DNA from: Eledone cirrhosa
Taxonomy: Eukaryota
DNA: 64,000 nt
Assembly: GCA_964016885.1 (NCBI GenBank)
Contig: CAXHJY010001246.1
Coordinates: 21,283-85,282, forward strand
Reading direction: 5' to 3'
Part shown: positions 16,211 to 29,839 of the stretch, piece after piece
Layout of the letters: the number at the start of each line of letters is the position of its first letter
How positions within the stretch are numbered: the first letter of the stretch is position 1
Notes under the pieces: generated by a model
What the model saw: only the letters and a program-made list of their open reading frames with translations
Told to the model about the DNA's origin: nothing
Databases searched by the model: none
Program-made: the position numbers and the translations under genes

Positions 16211-17324
16211 GTGTATGTATTTGCTTAGTACCTCTTAACGATAATTGATATTGCTTGGTGTTATACAAAATGACCGCTTCGTTTATTTGGCCGAACCGGA
16301 TCCAGCTGCTTTGTTTAAAAGTTGTTATAATTTAAGAGATATCTCTGTTCGAATTTAATCAATTTTATTGCCTGTATTTCCTATCTGCCGCAGGCTTTGA
16401 TTATCATTATGATGGAAGATGGAAACTTGGAATAATGTCTTTATTACACAGAACTGCGTTATGTCGATACCCGATGCCTTTACAAACTTATTACTGCTTC
16501 TTCATCTAAACTGATATGTTTAAAGGTTTTACATTCTCAACTTTATTATCAGCGTTCACCCATCTTGTTAAAGAAGGATTTCGTTTCGGAAATACAAATA
16601 AAAATTTTGTATTGATCTGTCCTTTTTGTATTTGCCGTCAGAACATTTCTCATCTAGCTTTCAACATGTCTGCCTTACAATAGCAATACATTTATTATAG
16701 AAACGTACAAACACAACCATTGTTATGCGAACAATATCTGCCGAATAAAACTAGTTTAGAACATACCCCGACGTCTTAAAATAAAAAAAAGATGTTATTC
16801 TTTTTGTCGTGTCCATCGTGTTAAGCCTGTTTGTACAAACATAGCACTCTCGTACTGCCGGCAGGGTCCTTCCATGACCAGGACCATTCCAGGTATGGTT
16901 GATTTCACTCCCTCTGTGTGTCTATTGCAAGAAGAGAACATCACAGTGTTGCTTGCTGCATAGGTCGGCTAAGATGTTTTGTTATAGTTTAAAAATGAAG
17001 GTGAAACAGAAGTATATTTAAAGATTATATTTTCTTTAATCCGACAGAATGAATATTTTTATAATTGTTGCATTAAATATTCGATTGGTATCAGAATCTT
17101 ATCAAATGTTAAATGTTAAGAAAAACATTTTTCTTAACATTTAACATTTTCGTATTCCGTGAGCAGTTTGAATATATGTGAATTTTCTATTAAAATTTCC
17201 TCTTATACAAATGTTCATTATGAAGGTGTGGTGGTGAAGAGATCAGGATTTTATTAAATTCTTGGGTTCAATTGTGTCAAAAGGTCAATGACTCTGATCT
17301 TCGAGCTACTCACTTTAGTAACGT

Positions 17325-17582
17325 TACTCTATATGAGGAATGGCTGAATACATTTGGCGAAAATTATATAACGAGGGACGAACTCAAAAGGATGTGATTG
17401 CAAAGGAACTTCCTGATGACACAGCCATACCCTCTATCTGTCCAACACTCTTACCTCTAGCCCACACGGTTCCTCTATGAGGAATGGTGGAATAAATTAT
17501 CCGAAAATGACATAACGAGGGACGAACTCAAAAGGATGATTGCAAACGAACTTCCTAACAACACAGCCATACCCTGTATCTG
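17325..17582. repeat. Tandem duplication, about 145-bp period
   Basis: tatgaggaatgg...ataacgagggacgaactcaaaaggatg...acacagccataccc occurs twice. Confidence 0.85.
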
Positions 17583-18184
17583 ATCCCCACATCATGTTAG
17601 ACTGTGCTTCACTGCATTTTTATAAATATAATTAACTACATTTTGTTCAGTAACACGTGTAATGGCGCAATGAGGAAGAATGCTATACCGGGATTAAATT
17701 CCTTCGAATCGGAGAGACCAAATTATTCATATAGAAATACCTGAATATCTAATATGGCTATGAAGGAATAAATAAATAAATCAAATTATCGATTTCTAAA
17801 TTTTGGCACAACATTAGGAATGTGTGAGGGAAGGGTGAGAGAGTGGGAAAGAAAATGTATAGGGACTGTAATCGGCTTCAGTATATAATTGTTATTTATT
17901 TCAGCGACATCGAACGAATATAATTCTAGTGGGATATGAAGAAATGTGATAATATTGGAAGCGATCCAAGCAACACATACTATTACACATTTTTTTTTCT
18001 AAACCAATTCACTTAATAATTATACAACACTTCATTCCACAAATCTGTAGAATATAACAACTTGACAAATATTTGCGTTATTCCTTGTCTTGACAATTAC
18101 ACGAGAAATCATTAAATTTAATACCCTTACCACTACGCTACGCTTGACACACCCTGAACAGGACGCCAGTCCATCACAGGTTTA

Positions 18185-18273
18185 ATTGCTTTGAAGGAGA
18201 AAACTCTTAGTGTGAAGTTTGGGTTTGAAATAAATCTTTTGTGACATCAGTCCTGGAACTTTTCTGACACCTC

Positions 18274-18278
<5 letters not shown>
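18185..18278 (-). mobile_element. Tc1/mariner-type terminal fragment
   Basis: Minus strand begins TA-cacgaggtgtcagaaaagttccaggact, resembling mariner TIRs, and sits against (TA)n. No transposase is visible. Confidence 0.45.
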
Positions 18279-18340
<62 letters not shown>

Positions 18341-18479
18341 GTTTAGACAACAGAACGTGTGTCTAAGATACAGGCGTCCTGTCGAATTCATGGCTATTTA
18401 ATTAGCTCAATGCTTGAAAGCAGAGCCATTATATGAAGCAAAAACAAAGAGCGCTTACATCATCAATTAATCTTTATTT

Positions 18480-18524
18480 GCTGACAGTGTTTCGTCCTTG
18501 CATAATTGCAGGACTCATCAGAGC
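18480..18524 (-). ncRNA. Minimal type-I hammerhead ribozyme, canonical core
   Basis: Minus strand: gct-CTGATGA-gtcctgcaattatgcaaggac-GAAAC-act-GTC-agc. All core nucleotides are canonical; GUC triplet; predicted cut after 18483. Confidence 0.8.
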
Positions 18525-19149
18525 GTTATAAAGAGGAAGTAGATCAATAGTATAAACTCTACCGACCTATATCACAAGAACGATCCATATGTAGCACAGA
18601 GGACTAAGAAGAGGGGGGTGCTTGGACGACACATCACCGCTAGAAGCCGATACATATAAGACCGAAATCAGTTACAATAATTAAAGATAAGGAAAAATAA
18701 AAGATAAGGAAATTAAAGATAAGAGATAAAACGTAAAGGGTAGAGTCTAGAAGTAAGGATAAAATAAGGATAACAATAAAGTGATGATAATATAGGAAAA
18801 TATCAAAAAATAAAAAAAAATAAAAATGAGAATAAAATATGAGAATCAAAATAGGAGGTAATAAAAATAAAGATAAAAATAAAAATGAAACATAAAAGAT
18901 AACACATTATATAAGCAATGCAAATAAATTCAATTAAGTGTAGTTGTAGACAGTAAAGGATTTCAGAGGTAAGACAGACATAAGTATCTGTCTTCAAGAA
19001 ACCATTGGTAAATGAAATAATTATCTTGTTGTTTATTACATAACTAAAAAGCTCCCTAGCCTACGTAGAGCATTCTCTTTTCCTTTACCTATTCTACGGA
19101 AATACTTTATTTATATTTATATATATGTATATATATATATATATATATG

Positions 19150-19238
<89 letters not shown>

Positions 19239-19270
19239 ATATATATATATACTCACACACACACACACAT

Positions 19271-19324
<54 letters not shown>

Positions 19325-19325
<1 letters not shown>

Positions 19326-19385
19326 TTTTAGTCCAGAATTAGCCGTCGAAACGGCTTGAGCTCAGCTGTCGGGGTCTTACTGGTT

Positions 19386-19390
<5 letters not shown>
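19325..19390. mobile_element. Fragment of the small TA-embedded element found at 33217-33401 and 61269-61468
   Basis: gaattagccgtcgaaacggcttgagctcagctgtcggggtcttactggttc is identical to 33351-33401. Confidence 0.85.
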
Positions 19391-19423
<33 letters not shown>

Positions 19424-19443
19424 CGTGTATATATATATATACT

Positions 19444-19505
<62 letters not shown>

Positions 19506-19937
19506 ATTTTAACTTTCTGAAATTTATTTGAATATCCCATATTATATTTAATTATCTCCTTAGTCAATCATCTCTTAATCGCTGGGGCTTAAATTATTCC
19601 CCACATCCCTGTTTAAATTTGTAAAACGTTTTCCTTAATATTCAGGAAGAATAAATATTACTAAATTTAAGAGCGTGTTTGGTAATTCCTACATGTTTCA
19701 AGTAGAGTGCCATTATGCATATGTCTCCTTCTTATGACATACTATTTCCTTCCCCACCCCTCATTACTCTGCCCTCCCCACCCCTCATTACTCTGCCCTC
19801 CCCACCCCTCTTTAATTCTGTTATAAACATTAAATTTTTAATACCAGCTTTCCTCTCCTATCGATTTTTATTAAATATATTATATATAGAGTAATACAGG
19901 ATATGTTTGTTGCGAATGTATATATATTTATACACTG

Positions 19938-19975
<38 letters not shown>

Positions 19976-19992
19976 AGTGTTTGTGTGTGTGT

Positions 19993-20023
<31 letters not shown>

Positions 20024-20101
20024 ACTGTGTGTGTGTGAGTGTGTGTGTGTATACTGTATACATATATACATACATTTATATATATGTATATATATGTGTA
20101 T

Positions 20102-20174
<73 letters not shown>

Positions 20175-20258
20175 AGTGTGCGTGTGTGTGTGTGAGTGTG
20201 TGTGTGTGTATACTGTATACATATATACATACATTTATATATATGTATATATATGTGT

Positions 20259-20334
<76 letters not shown>

Positions 20335-20346
20335 ATATATATATAT

Positions 20347-20622
20347 AATTGTTTCTACTATTGGCACAAGGCCAGAAATTACCCAGTACATTACTGGTAC
20401 TTTATTTTATCGACCCCGTAAGGATGAAAGGCAAAGTTAACCTCGGCGGGATTTGAACTCAGAATAGCAAGGGCCGTAACTCTATGCATCAAAGCATGGC
20501 GTCCGACCCTCTACCGATACTGCCAATCCACCACCGTAATGTATATATATATATAATGGAAGTATTACAGTACCAGTAATGCACTGGGTAACTGCTGGCC
20601 TTGTGCCTAAAGTAGAAACAAT
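20347..20622 (-). mobile_element. SINE family A (minus, 20347-20536) followed by a plus-strand tail fragment (20569-20622)
   Basis: Reverse-complement match to family A, then agtaccagtaatgcactgggtaactgctggccttgtgcc in forward orientation. Confidence 0.88.
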
Positions 20623-21110
20623 TACATTCTAGTCTAAAGTCTGTTATACCTAATACTAATACCTTTGCACCTCCATCATTTACCATCCAATTATTCCTTT
20701 ATTCATTTAAAATATTTGAAAGGTATTTTACTATTTTGCTTTCTTAATTCAGTCGGTTGAGGTTGCCACCACTAATTCAGGGATATATGTGGATATACTC
20801 ATGTATATGTATGTGTCCGCATGTATCTGTGTGTTTCTCTATATATTGTTTATAACTCCCTTTGGTCGAGTAACCTTTGAAGTGTGGTGACTGCTGGAAA
20901 GCTGTCATTACTCAAACTTCTCGCCACCCTAGCCACCTCTTCTACGGCTTTGATATAAGTACTCCCTCCGCCTCCGTGGTATTTTTTTCATGGTTATAAG
21001 AGGCTTAGCTCTGTTTCTTGACCGCTGTATCACGTGATTGACTCCCCCTCCGCCTTTCGGGATTCTATCTCGCGTCCTACGGACGTGTTTTGAAACTCTT
21101 AATGAGGTAC

Positions 21111-21201
21111 CCTCTTGATAAGTCGGCAGACCTCACAAAAATTCTATATCTCTGTGATGTAGTGTTTTTGCATAATACGCCACGAAACTACGTAGTCGAG
21201 G
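21111..21201 (+). ncRNA. Type-I hammerhead ribozyme with U3-A8 core variant
   Basis: cctc-TTGATAA-gtcggc...gccac-GAAAC-tacgta-GTC-gagg. Stem I is cctc/gagg, stem III is palindromic, GUC triplet. Confidence 0.7.
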
Positions 21202-21273
21202 AGTAAAGAAGGAGTTCAGGTATGGTATATCTTATTATTAATTATATCTAATGTTTCTTCTCCTTTCATAATG

Positions 21274-21314
<41 letters not shown>

Positions 21315-21775
21315 CTAGCTGACCCGTCCGGCTGGCGCTCGGATAGGTATACCAGCATTTTATCTTTTCAGGAATCCCCCCTACACTCTAGTGCAAAGAT
21401 ACTGCACGCCCTCTCAGGTCAGCGATGGCGGTGGGGGTATTAACGTGCTCTGATGTTGTGTTTGAATAGTTTTTTTTAGGATTCCTCAGTTCAGCAGCCA
21501 GTACGTTAAAGAAAATTGATAGTTACAACAATAAAGGCTGAACAGAGAACAATTTTTTTAACAAACAATAATTTGTACAACCATAATGGAAATTCCAAGT
21601 AACAGAAAATATTTAAATTCCATTGTTAGTTAGAGCCGCCTCAGAGTATACAACATTTTTTGTTCGGCTCACCGGAGCAAAGATAAAGAGATTGTTTGGT
21701 GAGCTCACCCTAGAGCATCCTACATACAATTGACCACGGGAGAAGCACTGTTCTCGTAGCTCGTCTCGCGACACA
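21315..21775 (-). mobile_element. Helitron 3' end with C-terminal fragment of the Pif1-like helicase
   Basis: LREQCFSRGQLYVGCSRVSSPNNLFIFAPVSRTKNVVYSEAAL matches the RepHel C-terminus (FSHGQLYVA.SRV..TKNVVY). The minus strand ends with a hairpin (tccgagcgccagccgga) then CTAG, followed by T. Confidence 0.88.
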
Positions 21776-21889
21776 TATATATATGCACGTAGTTTTTCGC
21801 AACTTGCACAGATTGAAAAAACACTCAAAGTGTTGTTTCCTAGATTGGAAAAAAAAACACCATAAAATATGTACATATACACATACACA

Positions 21890-21947
<58 letters not shown>

Positions 21948-22132
21948 CACAAATACATATGCATGCATATATATATACATATATCACATATCAATATATG
22001 CATTTATACATAAATATATGCATTCATATATATAATCATATACATATATACATATATATATATACATAAACATATACATATATACATATATACGTAAACA
22101 TATATATACACATCTATCTATCTATCTATCTA

Positions 22133-22192
<60 letters not shown>

Positions 22193-22206
22193 AAGGAAAA
22201 GCGAAG

Positions 22207-22238
<32 letters not shown>

Positions 22239-22476
22239 TATATACATAAACATATTCATATATACATATAATTACATATATACATAAATATATACATATA
22301 TACATAAACACATATATATATATACATCAATATATACATATATACATAAACACATATGCACATCAATATATACATATAATTACATATAAATGAAGTATTT
22401 CCGTCGGAAAGGTACAGGAAAAAATATATAATTACATATATACATAAATATATGCATATATATATAAATACACACC

Positions 22477-22557
<81 letters not shown>

Positions 22558-22916
22558 CTATATACATATATGTAAAAATATTCTGAAGTGAAAATAATGA
22601 AAAATTAGCTGGAGAAAAAAGTTATTTGTAAAATAAAGAATATTGACTGATAATGAAGTATAACGCTGTAGTTAATCGAAAAAGTAGGATTGTGGGGGGT
22701 GAAAAACGAAATTTGTTTTTGGAATTAAATGTACAGGAACGAAAATAAAAACCGGTATGTGAGGTGGAAAGTGGAAAGATATAGTTTGTTTTAGAGAGAG
22801 AGAGAGAGAGAGAGTAAGAGATGGGGATATGGAGAGAGAGGAGACTAGGGGAGAGTGAGCGAGAGAGAAACGGAGAGAGGGTGGAGAGAAAGAGGAGAGA
22901 GAGGCGAGAGAGGGTG

Positions 22917-22948
<32 letters not shown>

Positions 22949-23098
22949 ATGAAGGGAGGTGGAGAGGGACGGAGAGAAAGAAAGAGAGAGATAGAGTAAG
23001 AGTGAGAGAGAGAGAGAGAGAGACGGAGAGAGAGAGAAAGTGAGAGAATGAAGGGAGGTGGAGAGAGACGGAGAGAATGAAAGAGAGGAGAGGGGAGC

Positions 23099-23407
23099 AG
23101 ACGGAGGCTGTGACAGTGGGAGTTTGGTTCCTTTGTGTTCGGACCTGGTGTATATATATATGAGAGATGGGGAGATCAGGGGAGACGGAGGCTGTGACAG
23201 TGGGAGTTTGGTTCCTTTGTGTTCGGACCTGGTGTATATATATATGAGAGATGGGGAGATCAGGGGAGACGGAGGCTGTGACAGTGGGAGTTTGGTTCCT
23301 TTGTGTTCGGACCTGGTGTATATATATATGAGAGATGGGGAGATCAGGGGAGACGGAGGCTGTGACAGTGGGAGTTTGGTTCCTTTGTGTTCGGACCTGG
23401 TGTATAT
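23099..23407. repeat. Minisatellite, 84-bp unit x about 3.7, near-identical
   Basis: acggaggctgtgacagtggg starts at 23101, 23185, 23269 and 23353. A related inverted array lies at 30795-30960. Confidence 0.95.
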
Positions 23408-23806
23408 CAACGTTCCACAGATACACTCACATATCTAGAATAATAATCCTTCTGCTAGGTGTAAATATTCTGACTGTTAAACGGGAATCTATGTTAATAA
23501 ATATTTCAGTCTTCAAACCTACCTCTATGGTTTAATATTTGTGCTTTAAAAACAAAACCAATCTATATTGATTAGTTTAATATTGGTAAACATGCGTTCT
23601 AGTTTTAATAATATATTTTATATTGTATTTATCGGAGGTGTTTTTATATTTTATTTATTTGTTCCTGGAATTTCCTGTTTCTTAGTTCTCTCTTTCTTTT
23701 CTTTTTCGAAAGAAGAAAATTCTTAAATATCTCGTCGCCATGTTTTCTTCAGTTTTATAGTTTCGTCTTCAAAACGAAATATTGCTGTGACTGATCATAA
23801 TAATGG

Positions 23807-23847
<41 letters not shown>

Positions 23848-23849
23848 CT

Positions 23850-23908
<59 letters not shown>

Positions 23909-23927
23909 TACTTCTCTCTTTCTCTCT

Positions 23928-23967
<40 letters not shown>

Positions 23968-23999
23968 ACTTCTCTCTCTCTTTTTCTCTCTTTCTCTCT

Positions 24000-24044
<45 letters not shown>

Positions 24045-24118
24045 CTCCCTCACAAATAACAACACAATCGGTACAGTATATGGGAGGAATATATTAGGTT
24101 GAAATAGCAGGAAGAGGG

Positions 24119-24153
24119 CCTTAACGTTTCGGACGCTAGTCCTTCATCACAAG
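24119..24153 (-). ncRNA. Degenerate minimal hammerhead motif
   Basis: Minus strand: ctt-GTGATGA-a-ggac tagc gtcc-GAAAC-GTT-aag. C3 is mutated. Related decayed copies are at about 31377-31416 and 31514-31550. Confidence 0.55.
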
Positions 24154-24299
24154 TATAAGATAGATTGAATGGACGGGCGGGGTGGAATTGGAAAAAATGT
24201 CTTTAGATAGAAATAACAGGTCCATTCATGTTGAATGTTTATCCCGGGTTTAATCGGGGGTAACCACAGTAAGGTACTCAATACATAGCAGAGTATAAA

Positions 24300-24424
24300 T
24301 ATTTAATATAGAAATGGCTTCTACGGGACCAGAATTGTTTCATTCAGGAGAAATCAGGGCTTCCCGATGATTTCTCTCGAATGAAACAGTTCTAGTCCGG
24401 TAGAAGCCGTTTCTATATTAAATA
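24300..24424. repeat. Fold-back palindrome with hammerhead-like core remnant; related copy at 27665-27808
   Basis: atttaatatagaaatggcttctacgggaccagaattgtttcattc pairs with gaatgaaacagttctagtccggtagaagccgtttctatattaaat. Contains ccgatga...gaaac. Confidence 0.85.
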
Positions 24425-24666
24425 TATATATATGTGTGTGTGTGTGTATATGTGTGTGTATGTATGTGTGTGTGTATATGTGTGTGTATGTATGTGTATG
24501 TGTGTGAGTGTGTATGTGTATATGTGTGTGTATGTGTGTGTGTGTGTGTGTGTAATGAAATATTAGCCAATTATCTCAAGACATTTGAAACGAGCCAAAA
24601 GCTGTCATAGAAGTCAGTGTTGTTAATGTAAACAAGACACTATTTTCATTGACCAACTTCGTCACC

Positions 24667-24727
<61 letters not shown>

Positions 24728-24737
24728 GAAAACATAA

Positions 24738-24887
24738 TTTTGACTAAAGAAATTTTTAGCCTGATAGTGGGGTTTAGAACCCTCAGAGAAATGGAAAAAG
24801 ATGACTATTGACGTCAATACTCATCTTTTTCCATTTCTCTGAGGGTTCTAAACCCCACTATCAGGCTAAAAATTCCTTTAGTCAAAA
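24738..24887. repeat. Near-perfect palindrome, 75-bp arms, no loop
   Basis: Centre attgac|gtcaat at 24812/24813; arms ttttgactaaag...gatga / tcatc...ctttagtcaaaa. Starts about 15 bp after a (TA)n tract. Confidence 0.95.
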
Positions 24888-25551
24888 ATACGGTTAAAGC
24901 TTATGTTTTTTAATTTCAAACTCGCTCATTGTTTCAAAACATACTTAATACTTATAGTAATATCTATATCTATATTTATATATGTTTGATATAACTATAA
25001 ATATGTAGGGCAGTACTAAGTACTAGCCGGTTACCGGTGGTATGACAAAAGGCTCAATGCAAATTTTCAAGTGTTTTACAGAGCCGAGATACAAAGTGTT
25101 AAAACGATCAAATTTTAGTTTAGAACATTTATTAGCTGACAATTGTTTCTTCCAGAGGGACGTCTGGAATCATCGGAGCATAAGGAATGTCGAAAACGTG
25201 TAACTAGAATCCTAGTCATTTAGAACATTTAGGGTACATAGTTGTTATTAGTGTCAAAGGCATCATGTGGAGAGTCAGGAGTTAAAAAGATGTTCCGCTT
25301 GAAATAACACAATTACACGCAGCACCGGTTGGAAGTGTAATAGGTATAAGTGAAAGTAAAAAGCACAAGCAAAAAAACACAGGCAAAGAAGTTATAAGCA
25401 AGGACGATTGGTGTACAATGCAGGAGTCAATACAGTCAATAAGGCATGTGTGAGGGAAGAGTTATAATGCAGTCGAAATAAACATATATTGTGTGGGGTG
25501 TTAAAGCATGTTATAATTGTTATAAATGTTTAAGATAGTGTGCAATTTGTT

Positions 25552-25783
25552 AGAGAGGCATGTGGTGATAATGTAGGTAATTTTTATGTAAGGTGTAATG
25601 TAAAGCACGCGATAGAGTTGGGTATGTGATTTTCATACCCAATGTGAGTAACAAACAACACATGCACATAAATATGAACTACAACACGAAAACACTTAAA
25701 TGAAAATCACATACCCAACTCTATCTAGTGCTTTACATTACACCTTACATAACAATTACCTACATTATCACCACATGCCTCTG
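25552..25783. repeat. Inverted repeat, about 85-bp arms with about 63-bp spacer
   Basis: agaggcatgtggtgataatgtaggtaa...gtgattttcat versus atgaaaatcac...ttacctacattatcaccacatgcctct. Confidence 0.9.
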
Positions 25784-25798
25784 AGAGAGAGAGAGAAG

Positions 25799-25857
<59 letters not shown>

Positions 25858-25911
25858 CAAAAATAAAGAAAGGGGCAATGAAAAAGACAGAAAAAGAGTT
25901 CTTGCCACCAC

Positions 25912-25942
<31 letters not shown>

Positions 25943-25944
25943 AT

Positions 25945-26807
25945 ACTTATAATATTGCCAGAAATAATAACAGAACACACTCACTGTTTGGTTGGTTTTC
26001 GCTTCTGTAACCTTAAATCTCCATAGTTAATTTATTTGGCAATCAATGTTTATCATAACTGTATCAAATATAAATATAAATATATATATATAGTCTATCA
26101 AAGTATTTTTGTTGCACATCTGCAACATCATCAGTGGTTATATTATGTTTCCTCCTGTTGTATTTTTATTTCATTTATTTATTTCATCTTTTCTCTGTCT
26201 CTGTTTGCGCATGCGTTTCTGTTTCTGTTTTCTGTTTGTTGTTAGTGTACTTGTATATATGTATTTATTTAGTCATATTTACCTTAAGGCATTATTGTGT
26301 GTTTGGGTATGGTTGTAGTTGTCATTCTTTTCATTTTTTTTCTGTTCAATTGGAAAAGAGACGGGAAAACTTACAAAAATATTCCGACAAAATTAATAAT
26401 ATTTATATGGCAGATGTCATATTACCTACAAAGTTTACCAGACACTAAATATCTATAGTAACACTATAACCAGCGAACAAGAACAACATATTCTACAACT
26501 ACCACCAAAATTCACTATATATAACAAAGTAAACCTAATACCATGTTTGTCGGAAATTGAAAAGTCCTTCACTAAAATATTTGTTTCATCACACGATTCC
26601 ATATCAAAAACCTTGCAAAACGAATTCTTCTCGGGTTATAGCTACTGTCGCTCAGAGAGTGGGATTGGCTCAGTGCACAGTCTTTCTTCACTTAAAAAAA
26701 AACTTCACTCACATGCATTGAACGATGGCACTCATTGATAATTGTTAATAGTGTTATATCGTGCAATGGCCATACTCGATAACGAGGGTCAGCCATCATA
26801 TATACAC

Positions 26808-26848
<41 letters not shown>

Positions 26849-27107
26849 CTTGGGGAGGGTCATAATGTTATAATATTGCCAGAAATAATAACAGAACACA
26901 CTCCATAGTTTATTTATTTGGCAATCAATGTTTATCATTGATTGACCAACGGTAAAAAATACAGATATAAATATATATATAGTCTATCAAAGTTTTTTCG
27001 TCACACATCTGCGACATCATCAGTGGTACTATTATGTTTCCTCCATTGTATTATAAAGTCTACCCCATTTTTATTTTATTTATTTATTTCTTCTTTTCTC
27101 TGTCTCT

Positions 27108-27112
<5 letters not shown>
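25945..27112 (+). mobile_element. Probable degenerate PLE 5' region with directly repeated non-coding segment
   Basis: 25948-26210 is repeated at 26870-27112. Between them, about 26470-26580 translates as EQEQHILQLPPKFTIYNKVNLIPCLSEIEKSFTKI, resembling the region upstream of PLE RT. Confidence 0.45.
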
Positions 27113-27197
<85 letters not shown>

Positions 27198-28134
27198 AAT
27201 TTTTACTTTCACACGAAATGGATGATGTTCAAAGAGACAGTATGGAGTTAATGCACTGGGAAAACAAAGACAGCGATAAAGCTCGTTAAAATTACATTCG
27301 TAAAAACTGACCCAATAATGAACTAAATGTCTATATTTCTACCCCAGGCATCATCCTTATATTCCAAACCTTAACCCTCCCTAAATATTAGTATGGTGGA
27401 GCCGGAATGTTTCAAGCTGCAGCCGTGAAATTACACAGTGTCCGTAAAAAAATAGATATTAAATATCCATTATTACCTACAGTGACTACAACCCCATTAT
27501 GTAATAGGCTTTGCTGCACCCTCTTCCATTTACGCTTGACCTTAAACCCTCAAGATATTTTCCCAAGATGATTTCACGTCGTGCATAAAATATAAAATCC
27601 TGATGTAAATCGGCAGGCAACCACTGTCAAAAAAGGTACTCAATATGTTAGTAGTGTATAGGTATATTCATTTTATTACAGAAATTACTTCTACGGGACT
27701 AGAACTGTTTCATTCGTAAGAAATCACGAGGAAAGTCTGATGGTTTCTTACGAATAAAACAGTTCTTGTCTTGTAGAAGTAAGTCATATCTATAATAAAA
27801 TGAATATATATATGTTCCATGTGGGCTTGAAATGATGATCTATCTCCTCTTCTCCCCCCCCCCCCCCCCTTCGTTCAACCTAGAGGGGTTGATGTCAATA
27901 TACTGTGTCCAATATTCATTGGGCGTTTCGATGTTTCGACCCTTAACTGTAACACCATCTTATTGCTGGGTTAAAAATGGTGGCCAAATTACTGTCCATC
28001 TTCTCCCCATAGCTTCCACGTTCTCTCTTCTTTCTTGATCCACAACCAACAAAAGGCTCTTTCTGCTGCCTTCTCTCTCGTCCTACGAACTGATACCCCC
28101 TTCTCTCTTCCTGTCATTCCAACAGCAGTGTGTA

Positions 28135-28810
28135 CGTTCTCCATACCACCTGATCCTCAAATCAAGAATTCCCTTCAATTCATGAATCAAGAATTCCATT
28201 CAACCCACTTCAACTGGAAGTCTACCATCTTTCTCTCTTACACAAGGCAATCAAACGCTTGTATCATATCCCCATACCAATTGATCCACGAATCAATAAC
28301 TCTCCTCAACCCACCTCAACTGGAAGTAGCCACGTCTACCATGTCTCTCTCTTACACAAGGCAATCAAACGCTTGTATCAAATTCCCATACGAATTGAGC
28401 CTCGATTTAAGAACGCCCTTCAACCCACCTCAACTAGAAATAGCCATATGTACCACCCATTCACCCTTACATAAGGATACCAAACGCTTGTATGAAATTC
28501 CCATACTAATTGACCCACGATTCAAGAACTCCCTTCAACTTACCCCAACATCTACCATCCTTTCTCCCTTATATAAAGATATCAAACGTACATTCTCCAT
28601 ACGAATTTTTTCCTTGATTCAAGAACTCCCTTCAACCCACCTCAACTAGAAATACCGACGTCTAGCATCTTTCTCCCTTACATAACGATATTAAACGTAC
28701 ATTCTCCATACCAATTGATCCTGGAATCAAGAACGCCGTTCAAACAACCTCAACTAGAAATAGCCACGTCTAACATCCTTTTTACCTTACATAAAGATAT
28801 CAAATGCGAC
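28135..28810. repeat. Degenerate minisatellite, about 114-bp unit x about 6
   Basis: cacaaggcaatcaaacgcttgtatca at 28241 and 28355; recurring caacccacctcaact.gaa.tagcca. Confidence 0.9.
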
Positions 28811-28942
28811 ATTTAATAAATCTATTATATTTAAAATGTTAACGCTTTGAGCGTGTTTGTACATATGTGTGCGCGTGGATGTGTTTGCCTGTGTGTCTGT
28901 GTTTGTGCGTATGTGTTTGTGTTTGTGTGTGTTTGTGCATGT

Positions 28943-29002
<60 letters not shown>

Positions 29003-29398
29003 GTGCGTGTGTTTGTGCATGTGTGTGTTTGTACATGTATGTTTGTGTGTGTTTGTGCATGTGTGTGTTTGTGTGTGTGTATTTGTGCATGTGTGTGTTT
29101 GTGCATGTGTGTGTTTGTGTGTGTGTGTTTGCGCATGTGTTTTTGTGTGTGTGTGTGTCTGTGCATGTGTGTGTCTGTCTTTGTGTGTTTATGTATGTAT
29201 GCATGCATGTGTGTGTATATGTATATATGTATCTATGTAATTATGTATGTATATATGTATGTGTGTATGTATATAAGTGTGTGTGAATTTGCATACCCCC
29301 ACATCTAACAACATACTTGTGAAATCTTGAGTTCTTTAACAAAGTGAAACTGATAAGAATTTACATATGCTAATGGGATAATGTTTTATAGAATGGTA

Positions 29399-29482
<84 letters not shown>

Positions 29483-29839
29483 TTCTTCCTCTCTCGTTCT
29501 AACACCTCTCTCTATATATTTCACTCTCTCTCTCTCTCTCTTCCACTCTCTCTCTATACGTTACTAGCCATATCTTTGTCATTCATTCATTCGTTCTGTG
29601 CGCGTGGCTTTCATGTCCATTTGCATTTGTTTAAACTCTCAGAACACACGTTAGAATATTACATCAAATACAAAACTCCCAACACATTGAAAGACGCCAC
29701 CATTTTTCCTATGTAAGTATTGCCTTAGTGGCACTGTGACATTGAGATAAAAATTTATCACAATACATTTAAAAGAAATAGAATCTCTACGAAATATTTT
29801 ATACATATCATCTGAAAACATGTGTGTAACATGTCTTAA

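Noticed and set aside
16375-16510. Possible plus-strand exon after ttcctatctgccgcag
   Set aside because: No convincing donor, the frame closes quickly and the peptide is unrecognisable.
23099-23407. CRISPR-like regular repeat (also 53126-53412 and 58915-59410)
   Set aside because: Whole units repeat with no unique spacers, no cas genes are present, and the context is eukaryotic.
25015-25045. ctag plus ccggttaccgg hairpin as a second Helitron end
   Set aside because: The hairpin directly abuts CTAG rather than lying about 10 nt away, and no other Helitron evidence is nearby.
28035-28649. 204-aa ORF
   Set aside because: Lies within a 114-bp (multiple of 3) degenerate minisatellite and has no recognisable domain.
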